Source: an uncultured virus (IMG/VR IMGVR_UViG_2852309159_000005) | Taxonomy: Duplodnaviria; Heunggongvirae; Uroviricota; Caudoviricetes | Strand: one strand, 5' to 3' | Virus record (IMG/VR): IMGVR_UViG_2852309159_000005 | Span: 53,414 to 73,413 of that record | DNA: 20,000 nt | Shown here: in pieces, positions 1-7,899 of the stretch | How the letters are laid out: each line of letters begins with the position of its first letter | Position numbering within the stretch: position 1 is the first letter of the stretch | The notes under the pieces: model-generated | Database searches by the model: none | What the model saw: the letters and a program-made list of their open reading frames with translations, nothing else | What the model was told of the DNA's origin: nothing | Program-made: the position numbers and the translations under genes

Positions 1-2
1 GC

Positions 3-239
3 GAATTGGTGGCTAATATGATGAATATCGCAGCTAATGCCTACCAAGTGAATGATTCCCTACTGGCAGGTAATAACGTAAGTTCAACTTACACCACGAC
101 TAATACGGTAGCTTTAAACTATGGTATTACGGGCAGTCAATCAGCGAAAATTTACGCCAATCAATCAATCCTAACCACCGTTGGAGGATGGGATAACAGC
201 GATAACCTAAAAACGTGGAGAATTTACACCATTTATTAA
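3..239 (+). CDS. 3' part of a hypothetical protein, probably truncated by the window edge
   Basis: Frame is open from base 3 to TAA at 237-239; the other two + frames close within ~20 nt. No family recognised. Confidence 0.5.
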   Translation, partial: ELVANMMNIAANAYQVNDSLLAGNNVSSTYTTTNTVALNYGITGSQSAKIYANQSILTTVGGWDNSDNLKTWRIYTIY

Positions 240-314
240 AGGTGATTTTTCTCACCTTTCTAAAGTCGGAAAATCTCGCTATTTATCGAGTGAAATTGAG
301 TTTTTTGAGTCCAT

Positions 315-342
315 AAAAAAGGGCAGCCAATCGGCTACCCTT
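315..342 (-). terminator. Probable intrinsic terminator for leftward transcription
   Basis: AAAAAA-GGGCAGCC-AATC-GGCTACCC-TT: near-perfect hairpin with a U-tract on the minus strand. Confidence 0.5.
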
Positions 343-453
343 GGAAACGTCGATATTAAATACCGAGCAAGTGAGAACTATAAGAATAGTATTCATCTTG
401 TTATCGGTAAAGATGACAACCTTGAGTTAATACAAAAATGTGCAATACATCAC

Positions 454-483
454 TTGCACTTATGGGTAATTGTTGGCTATAGT
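454..483 (+). promoter_or_regulatory. Sigma70-like promoter of the c4/icd operon
   Basis: TTGCAC (454-459), 18-nt spacer, TATAGT (478-483), directly before the c4-like RNA. Confidence 0.55.
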
Positions 484-488
484 GATCA

Positions 489-568
489 GGCACTAGCAAA
501 ATCTAGTGTCAGAATTGGCGTTCTGAATCAGTTACTGGCGACACATGACGCGCCTTGCGTCTTTTTTT
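489..568 (+). ncRNA. c4-type antisense RNA (P1 c4 / P4 CI-like immunity RNA)
   Basis: Hairpins CACTAG-CAAAAT-CTAGTG (491-508), TCAGAA-TTGGCG-TTCTGA (509-526) and GACGC..GCGTC plus T7 (547-568). TTGGCGTT and AGTTACTGG are complementary to downstream AACGCCAA (676-683) and CCAGTAACT (662-670). Confidence 0.75.
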
Positions 569-759
569 GTGTCCATGCCTACGCACACCCATTAAATGCG
601 GTATTATATCGCGCTGAATCTATGGTGGCGGCAGCAGAGCAACCGAAAGGTTGGCTGGATTCCAGTAACTCCAGTAACGCCAACTCTACTGTCGTCACCA
701 CCCCCGAAATTGGCGTTTCAAGTGGTGACTCCTTAACTAAGTTACTGGAGATCATCGTT

Positions 760-951
760 ATGATGGCAACCCCTACCCACACTCAATTCAAATTTTTGTT
801 TCTGAGTATTAAACGCTCAGATACAACCGCTAAACCTTGTCGTATTGCTGTTACAGCATCGAATGAACACGATGCAAGACTGATGCTTGTACGTGATTAT
901 ATCCTGTCATTCGCTGGTCGCTTACCTGCTCAGGAGGTGGCTCATGCGTAA
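760..951 (+). CDS. Icd-like host cell division inhibitor (C-terminal part of the ash-family ORF 454..951)
   Basis: GGAG RBS at 747-750, ATG 760. MMATPTHTQFKFLFL...ASNEHDARLML.RDYILSFAGRLP fits the Icd-like/Ash pattern downstream of c4 RNAs. Confidence 0.75.
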   Translation: MMATPTHTQFKFLFLSIKRSDTTAKPCRIAVTASNEHDARLMLVRDYILSFAGRLPAQEVAHA

Positions 952-1117
952 CCCTCAACCTAACGATTTCTACACGCATAAAAATAATAGCGAAACCGTC
1001 AAAGTTCTATCAGTTCAATTTAACCGTGTGACCTTTCAGCGAGACGGCTTTGATAATCCTGTCATTGTTCCATTAAGCCAGTTCAGCAACGAATACATTT
1101 ATTCGGGGAGGGCTTAA
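944..1117 (+). CDS. DUF4222-like small satellite protein
   Basis: AGGAGG RBS and ATG 944 overlapping the icd end. PQPNDFY..V.V..V.FNRVTFQRDGF..P.IVPL.QF pattern. Confidence 0.65.
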   Translation: MRNPQPNDFYTHKNNSETVKVLSVQFNRVTFQRDGFDNPVIVPLSQFSNEYIYSGRA

Positions 1118-1119
1118 TT

Positions 1120-1378
1120 ATGGGGCGTTATCCAGAAAACTATAAGCGTATTCAAGCCGAAATTTCGAACATGTTAGGCAATGACCTCCTTTTATCTTCA
1201 GAAGAACGTAGCCGTGACCGATTACTTAGGGTTCGGAAAGGTATGGCTCATATTCTTAGTGAAGTATTTCCTCTAATTGATGATCCCAAAAAAACAAGAA
1301 CTCTATTACTGGTTGGAAGCCATTAGCCGTATCAGTGGCGCAGAAGCCGTAGACGCTAAATCGAAGGGGGAAGCATGA
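1120..1378 (+). CDS. Hypothetical protein (~85 aa) with apparent +1 frameshift in the A7 run at 1288-1294
   Basis: Removing one A gives ...DPKKQELYYWLEAISRISGAEAVDAKSKGEA*, ending in an ATGA overlap with the next gene. Confidence 0.6.
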
Positions 1379-1554
1379 GCAAACCTATTCCATTGGACAT
1401 AGCTGCATACAAGGCGCAGCAAAATAATTCATTACTTGCCGTTATCTTAGAGTTAGCAAGTAAAGATTGTTCGCGGGAGTTAATCGACCTCGTTTCTATT
1501 GCGTATGACTTTAATGCGGAAATATGTGAATCCCTTGAGGAGGCGACCAAATGA
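1375..1554 (+). CDS. Hypothetical protein, 59 aa (absent from the ORF track)
   Basis: MSKPIPLDIAAYKAQQNNSLLAVILELASKDC...EEATK*. GGGGG RBS and ATGA overlaps at both ends. Confidence 0.7.
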   Translation: MSKPIPLDIAAYKAQQNNSLLAVILELASKDCSRELIDLVSIAYDFNAEICESLEEATK

Positions 1555-1760
1555 AAACAATCAAGTTAAATATTGGTCACTTATCTACCTTGGAAGAAGT
1601 CGAACACATCAACGAAGAACTTCAAGCGTTGTTAATCCCACTGTTAACAGCTGTAGAGAATGAAGCTGAGACGGATACGCATTTTATGCTGAGAGCAGTC
1701 AACCGCTCAGTGTGTGCTCAAGGAAAAGAAATCACAAAGTTGGTGGAGGTGATGAAATGA
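1551..1760 (+). CDS. Hypothetical protein, 69 aa
   Basis: GAGGAGG RBS; translationally coupled on both sides. Confidence 0.7.
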   Translation: MKTIKLNIGHLSTLEEVEHINEELQALLIPLLTAVENEAETDTHFMLRAVNRSVCAQGKEITKLVEVMK

Positions 1761-2341
1761 GACAAGTCACTATCAATGCCACCAGCTTAAGTCCATTCAT
1801 GTATCAAGGTAAGCGAGTTGTCACCTTTGCCATGATTGACGAGGTACACCAACGCCCGAAAGGTACAGCAAAGCGCACATTCAACACGCATAAAAAGCAC
1901 TTTATTGATGGAGTGGATTATTTTTTGCTCACTAAGTACGTCATACGTACCGAGTTACCCGAACTGGAAATAGCTGGAAAAGCAAAAGAGTTAATGCTTA
2001 TCACTGAATCAGGTTACTTGATGATAGCCAAGCCATTTACAGATGATTTGTCGTGGCAGGTTCAGCGCTCAATGGTTAACAGCTACTTTCGTTTGTCTGA
2101 CTTTCCAGAAATTAAACACATTCAAATACCCACGCTGGCGGAACTTGAAGCCATGCCAATTGGTGAGGCTCAGAACTTGATTAGCCGCTTAGAGGCTGAT
2201 TCTTATCAAGGGCACGGTAGGCGTGGCAGCTATGCCATGAACCTACGTCGCAAAGAGAAGAAAGCACTTAAACCAATGGTAATCGCCATTGAGCAAGCCT
2301 CACAGCTACACATTCAGGATATGGGAGATTATCACTCATGA
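1757..2341 (+). CDS. ORF6N-domain phage antirepressor-like DNA-binding protein
   Basis: ATG 1757 in an ATGA overlap with GGAGG RBS. YQGKRVVTFAMIDEVHQRPKGTA...F..HKKHFIDGVDYF and LITESGYLMIAKPFTDDLSWQVQR are ORF6N hallmarks. Confidence 0.85.
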   Translation: MRQVTINATSLSPFMYQGKRVVTFAMIDEVHQRPKGTAKRTFNTHKKHFIDGVDYFLLTKYVIRTELPELEIAGKAKELMLITESGYLMIAKPFTDDLSWQVQRSMVNSYFRLSDFPEIKHIQIPTLAELEAMPIGEAQNLISRLEADSYQGHGRRGSYAMNLRRKEKKALKPMVIAIEQASQLHIQDMGDYHS

Positions 2342-2511
2342 GAACGTTTCTAATTGCAGGTTATGGCACAACACTAAAAGGCCTAACACTAGGCATTAAC
2401 AAGCAAGTGATATCTGCCAGCCTAAAAGATGCTCAGTCACAAGTGGTGCGAGAGGCGCAACGTGACGGTTTAATTGATATCCGAATCAACTATGTGCGTG
2501 AGGTGAAGTAA
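2338..2511 (+). CDS. Hypothetical protein, 57 aa (absent from the ORF track)
   Basis: MRTFLIAGYGTTLKGLTLGINKQV...INYVREVK*. Coupled by ATGA and TAATG overlaps. Confidence 0.7.
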   Translation: MRTFLIAGYGTTLKGLTLGINKQVISASLKDAQSQVVREAQRDGLIDIRINYVREVK

Positions 2512-2705
2512 TGACGCAAGAACAGAAACGTGAAATAGAGCAATTACTAGAACCGCACCAGTTAAAAGTATTAATGCTAATCACCTTACTTTCTACGTGG
2601 TTGGAAGCAGAGGAATGCGATGAAACCAGAAACATGATCTGGGCTGTATTGACTGTTGTTTATTCAATTAGGGATGAAATGAACGAAGCAGTAGAGGGTA
2701 AGTAA
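2511..2705 (+). CDS. Hypothetical protein, 64 aa
   Basis: GAGG RBS; TAATG coupling at both ends. Confidence 0.7.
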   Translation: MTQEQKREIEQLLEPHQLKVLMLITLLSTWLEAEECDETRNMIWAVLTVVYSIRDEMNEAVEGK

Positions 2706-3301
2706 TGAATATTTCTAATATTAACGCATTCGAACACAGTGAACAGGGTGTGATCCTCATTACTGAAGCAGCCAACCAAGAGGCTATCAGTTATACCGAA
2801 GCATTAGAGGCATTAAACGATGGTAGCTTTGATGGTGATCTGATTTTTGGCTTTGAATTAGTTTTAGCTATATCCAAAGGAGAGCGTGACGGCTTTTTTA
2901 ATCCAACTAATCAGCAGCGTGTGATCTTGTGGCGTTGGATTGTAGCCGCTTCGTTCGTCGCAGAGCAAGCAGACAATAACGGGACGCATCAAGTTGACAA
3001 CGGCAGAGGTAAAACCATTACCGCCGCTATTTATCGCAACAAACATGCAGCGTTAACCGTCTATGCCGCAAGCGAACGTATGTTACTAGCTAATCACATT
3101 GAGGGCGCTGCTTATGAGCACTATGGGGCAGAGAATGGCGCAATTATGGCAGTAAAGATATATAGGGATTTTATCAATCTTGAGCCTAAACGTGGTTGCC
3201 GACTATCAGAGCGAGGGCGTGAGGGGTTATCTGTTCTTCATGATGATCTAATTAGGGCGATAGAAGATGGTGAATTTAGCGACACCGTAACCATTCATTA
3301 A
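2705..3301 (+). CDS. Hypothetical satellite protein, 198 aa
   Basis: Long coupled ORF in the early operon with GAGG RBS. Confidence 0.75.
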   Translation: MNISNINAFEHSEQGVILITEAANQEAISYTEALEALNDGSFDGDLIFGFELVLAISKGERDGFFNPTNQQRVILWRWIVAASFVAEQADNNGTHQVDNGRGKTITAAIYRNKHAALTVYAASERMLLANHIEGAAYEHYGAENGAIMAVKIYRDFINLEPKRGCRLSERGREGLSVLHDDLIRAIEDGEFSDTVTIH

Positions 3302-3315
3302 AAGGACGCAATGAC

Positions 3316-3660
3316 ATGATAACGAAGAATTTTAAAGTTAATTCACTAGCGAATAGCTACGCAGCCGCTATTTACCACGATATTACCACACGTAATGGCG
3401 GTGATTGGTTTTCGATGAAGGTAGGCAACAAAACGATTGAAGTTGCCATTATTGACGGTGTGAAAGGTATTCGAATGCTCGTTGATAGCTATTTGCTGAA
3501 AGCCTTAAAGGGGCAATATCCCACATGGGAGGCAGTTGCTATTAGCTTGATAGAGCAATGTGTCATTAATGGATATGTCACAGGTTATGGTCGAGAGGTG
3601 TGGCAAAGCATGATTAATGATATGGGCGACTCTTTAGCTGATAAGGGGGCGTTTCAATGA
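3316..3660 (+). CDS. Hypothetical protein preceding the primase, 114 aa
   Basis: AAGGA RBS; ATGA overlap with the primase gene. Confidence 0.7.
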   Translation: MITKNFKVNSLANSYAAAIYHDITTRNGGDWFSMKVGNKTIEVAIIDGVKGIRMLVDSYLLKALKGQYPTWEAVAISLIEQCVINGYVTGYGREVWQSMINDMGDSLADKGAFQ

Positions 3661-6405
3661 AGCCGATTGATGTTATCCGTGAGGTGAAGCTGAAAGCTAA
3701 CGGACAATGGCAAGCTATATTATCTCACCTTGAGGCAGAAGTGCCCCTAAACACGCACACGGCTTGCCCTCATTGTGGTGGTAAAGACCGGTTTAGATTT
3801 GATAACAAGGACGGTAATGGCACGTTTATTTGTAATCAGTGCGGTTCTGGTGATGGATTAGATCTCGTTCAGCGTGTGTTAGGTGTCAGTGTAACCGAAG
3901 CTGCAAAAGAGGTTGCTAACATAATTGGTATTGATACCCGTTCAGCGTGTCCACCAGCCTACCGTCGTTCTGAGATAAAAGCACAACAAGACGAACTGAA
4001 AGCGCAGCAAGCCGAAAAACAAGCTAACGAGAAGAGAGAGAAGCATAAACGCTTTATTGAACGGTATAACCGCACTATTGCCAATGTTCAACGTGGGAGA
4101 TCTGACTATCTCAAGGCTAAGGGGCTGCATGGTTTTGAAATGGATTTATTACAGGACGGTTCTCTTATCATTCCATTATTGGACGCTGGTGGCGTTATTA
4201 CTGGCGCACAAACTATTAAGCCTAATGGTGATAAGCGTTTACTGTCAGATAGCTCAAAGTCAGGCAGTTATTACCCCATCAATGAGCCTGTAAACGTCTC
4301 TACGGTGATTATCGCTGAAGGATTAGCAACCGCCCTAACGTGTCACTTAATCCAACCAGAAGCGCACACAGTTGCGGCAATTGATGCGGGAAACCTCATT
4401 CATGTAGCTAAGGTAATGCGAGTTAAGTATCCAGAGAGCAAGATTATTATTGCTGGGGATAACGATATTAAGCCAGACCAAGACAATACAGGGAAATTAG
4501 CGGCAGAAAAGGCAGCTAAGGCGGTTAATGGTGTCGCAGTTTTACCCCCAACTGATGATAAAGCCGATTGGGATGACTACCGCCTATCACACGGTATTGA
4601 GGCGGCAAGACAGGCATTTAATGGCCAAGTGGATCAGCAAGCAGGTGAAATAGTGGAAGAGAATAACGTGATCCACATTGACGCAAAAAAGAAAGTCAGA
4701 CCTGACGATGACTTAGCCCCATTTTTTGATAAGCGTCATGGTGGTTTGTATTACATCGAACGCAAGCAAAACAATACGACGGGCGAGATTGACGAAAAAG
4801 AAACGTGGTTTTCGGATGAAATGGCTACGGTAGGTATTGGCTCTGATGGCAAAGACAGCTATTTAGTTATCGAGATGAAGCAAGAAGGTAGCAACCGCAT
4901 AATTTATGAAGCCATTCCGAGACGTGAACTAGGTTCGCCTCAAGGGTGGGGGAGGTTACGCTCCCGTGGCGTTAATATTACAACAAAGCGTGGTCAATTG
5001 GATTTATTAGCTAACTACCTTCAACGGAAAGGAAAGCGCGACGAATGGACGATCACACATACCGCAGGTTGGCATGATGGAGCGTATGTGATGCCCGATG
5101 GTCATATTATTGGTACACCTAGCCGCCCTGTTGCCTTTTGCGGCGGAACGTCTGCCGTTGCGGGTTATATCGTCAGGGGAACCGCTGAAAGCTGGCGGAA
5201 GAATGTCGGTAATTTAATGAAAGGCAACCAATCTATGATTTTAGGTGGTTTAGTTGCGTTAGCTGCCCCACTGAACTCATTATCGGGCGGTAGCTCGTTT
5301 GGCATTCACCTATTCGCTCAATCCTCAGCAGGGAAAACAACTACTGTAGAAGCGGCTTCAAGTATCTACGGTGTACCCGATGAACTGAAATTAACATGGG
5401 ATGCGACAAAGTACGGGTTAACGATTGAAGCCGCCTCTCGAAATGATGGATTTATGCCAATTGATGAAATTGGGCAGGGTAACGATGTGCGGCATGTGGC
5501 AGGAAGTGCCTACAGTTTATTTAATGGTACAGGGCGTATTCAAGGTAATAAAGACGGGGGAAACAAAGCCGTTTTACGTTGGGCGATTGTGGCGTTATCA
5601 ACGGGTGAGGAAGATTTTGAAACTTACCTCATTCGTAATGGTGTTACCCCAAAAGCAGGGCAATTAGTGCGACTGGTGAGTGTGCCATTTACCGATACTG
5701 TCGAGTTTCACAGCCTTGATGATGGTGATTTGCATTCACGAGCAATAAAACGCGCATCAACGCAGCATTGCGGGGCAGTTGGTAGAGCATGGATTGAGTA
5801 TTTAGCCAACAATCAGGACATGGCCAACCAGAAAGTGACCGTCAAAGAAAACGAATGGTTATCGAGTTTACCCGAAGAGGCGTCACCACAGGTTAAGCGA
5901 GTCCGCTACCCGTTTTGCCATGTTAGACGCTACCGCAGAGCTATCAGCCTCAATTACGGGTTGGGATAGTGGCGAATGTAGCCGATTTATTCGTAATAGC
6001 TTCAATGAATGGCTAGAGAACTATGGCACAGGAAACCGAGAAAAATATCAAGTCGTTAAACGGGCAAGGGATTTTATTCAACGCTATGGATTAAATCGCT
6101 TTCAGCCATACACCTATGGGAAGCGCAACGGAGATTTAGACCGAGTTTACGCAGGAAGAATAACAAACCTTGCGGGTTACTTGGTTTCTGGTCGCAGAGA
6201 GGACGGCAAGGACGAATATCATATTATCCCGTCAGTATTTGAAGATGAAATACTCTCAGGTATTCAAAAGAAATTGGGGGCGGAAGCGCTCGAAGAGGCA
6301 GGTATTTTAGTCAGACCGGAATCAGGGCGTGTAGACGGTAAAACTATCAGCATTAATGGTAGTCAGCAGCGATTTGTTGTCTTAATTGATAGCGAGGAAG
6401 AATAA
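3657..6405 (+). CDS. Primase-helicase (P4 alpha-type Zn ribbon, TOPRIM, DUF927 helicase), ~915 aa, split by an apparent +1 frameshift at 5903-5904
   Basis: CPHCGGKDRFRFD...CNQCG zinc ribbon; EGLATA, AGDND and DWDD TOPRIM motifs; Walker A-like AQSSAGKTT and IDE Walker B. Removing one C joins ORFs 3657..5969 and 5920..6405 through KRVATRFAMLDA. Confidence 0.9.
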
Positions 6406-6444
6406 CCAGCCAGAACAGAATCCCCGTGATGAATTAAAAACGTT

Positions 6445-6686
6445 GGGATAAGTGGGATAACGGGATAAGAATTAAAAAAGATAATAATATTATTAAGTTA
6501 AGTTACTTCTATTTATCCCATGTTATCCCAAGTTACCCCAAATCAAATGATAATAATTTGTTACAAATGTTAATCAAAAAGCAAAGTTATCCCAAAAATA
6601 AAAAGTCTGGGATAAGAAATCGAGGTGTTTGGGATAAGTTAACTTGATGATATTAAATGAAAATAAGCAACTTATCCCGTTATCCC
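6445..6686. repeat. Iteron-containing putative replication origin
   Basis: GGGATAA at 6445, 6454, 6462, 6609, 6631; TTATCCC at 6513, 6523, 6587, 6672, 6680; variant TTACCCC at 6533. AT-rich spacers, directly after the primase gene. Confidence 0.8.
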
Positions 6687-6724
6687 AAAGAAAAATCGTT
6701 TTTCGCCTATAGAGAGATATTTAA

Positions 6725-7163
6725 ATGAGCACTCAAATACTCACACTAAAACGTAAAAAATCCACCAGCAACGAACACACCAAAAAGCTTGCAAACTAAA
6801 ACGCCACAGGAAGCCTCGCAGCAACCGAAGAAGAAAAATAAGGCAGATGTTCACGCGAAGAAGAAACAACACCGTATTGACCGTATAGCGAAGCACTGGA
6901 CGATATTTAATGAGCCAGAGGCTAAACCACTGATGATAGGTATCAAGGAAGTCATGATTGCTGAGGTTAAAGATAAAGGGTTGGATATTCCAGAGAGCCA
7001 TATTAAACAGGGATTACGATCATACATTAGTCGTAAAACCTATCTGAAAGCCCTTACTCTGGGCGGTAATCGTTTTGATATGAACGGGCAGCCTAAAGGA
7101 GAAATCACACCTCAACAACAAGCATTAGCAAAACAAATGCTGGTGGAATGGGGGAGACAATAA
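6725..7163 (+). CDS. ProQ/FinO-domain RNA chaperone with apparent +1 frameshift in the A6 run at 6755-6760
   Basis: KPLMIGI...LRSYISRKTYLKAL..GGNRFDMNGQPKGEIT is the FinO/ProQ core. ATG 6725 joins ORF 6789..7163 if one A is removed. Confidence 0.85.
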
Positions 7164-7266
7164 ATAAAAAATACCGCCAGAGCGTGAGCAAAGGCGGTCA
7201 CTAGAAGAAAAAATGTATAGACATAGCCTTCCTATCCTAATATCAAACAACAAATAAGTCATCAAA

Positions 7267-7286
7267 AACTGGTTATAAATACAGTG
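7267..7286. promoter_or_regulatory. Putative LexA (SOS) box
   Basis: AACTGGTTATAAATACAGTG is CTG-N10-CAG with an AT-rich core, close to consensus TACTGTATATATATACAGTA. A perfect TATAAT lies at 7315-7320. Confidence 0.65.
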
Positions 7287-7370
7287 TGTTGATTTAAATT
7301 TATACCAGAACAGTTATAATGTTTCACAATACGCAATGAATTAATAAATTGATGCAAAAGGTGAAATGTT

Positions 7371-7548
7371 ATGAGCCAATCTCAAAAAAAACATTCAGTC
7401 ATTCTTACCCCGTCACAATCTGAGCTATTGAAATTTTTGTTACCCCAAAGAGCAAGCAAACAACCCTAGCCACAGAAAAGTAACGTTACATAGTATTGCA
7501 CGTAGAGCATTAGATATAGGTTTAGATATGATGCAAAAAAATCATTAA
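7371..7548 (+). CDS. Small (~58 aa) putative DNA-binding protein with a net +1 frameshift near 7434-7450
   Basis: AAGGTG RBS. MSQSQKKHSVILTPSQSELLK continues in another frame as EQANNPSHRKVTLHSIARRALDIGLDMMQKNH*, ending just before the chaperone RBS. Confidence 0.5.
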
Positions 7549-7557
7549 GGAATATTT

Positions 7558-7899
7558 ATGACAGGAAAATTTATTCAACAATTTGAGCGTAAAAATGCCA
7601 TCGTGAATATAAATACATCGGATGGCATAAAGTCACTTGCTGTCGTGTTTCGTCTCCCCAAAGACCCTAATACACAAAGTTATCTTCGAATGATCCAGGC
7701 TATTCCTGAAATGTCACCTACGGAAATTTTGCTTGAGGTTATCGAAGCATGGGAATTTGATGAGTCGCTTAACTCAGCCAATATGACTAAGTTGATTGAT
7801 AATTGTCCTCAGGCCGCATTTGCCATCATGGAAGCGTTTGGGCGTTTGATTCATTCTCGTGAAATACAACAAATCTGGGGGCAAAAATGGCTGATGTAG
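7558..7899 (+). CDS. Phage tail assembly chaperone (Phage_TAC_4-like, gpG analogue)
   Basis: AAGGA RBS. EILLEVIEAWEFDESLNSANMTKLIDNCPQAAFAI fits the L.E.I..W...d.fn..Nl..Ll.nyP.A..AI pattern of siphophage chaperones; sits immediately upstream of the TMP gene. Confidence 0.7.
   Translation: MTGKFIQQFERKNAIVNINTSDGIKSLAVVFRLPKDPNTQSYLRMIQAIPEMSPTEILLEVIEAWEFDESLNSANMTKLIDNCPQAAFAIMEAFGRLIHSREIQQIWGQKWLM

Noticed and set aside
5920..6405. Separate 161-aa gene
   Set aside because: It is the C-terminus of the DUF927 primase-helicase across a one-base frameshift.
7870..7899. Programmed -1 frameshift fusing the chaperone to the TMP
   Set aside because: The TMP start is in the -1 frame, but there is no in-frame canonical slippery heptamer and the TMP has its own RBS and ATG.
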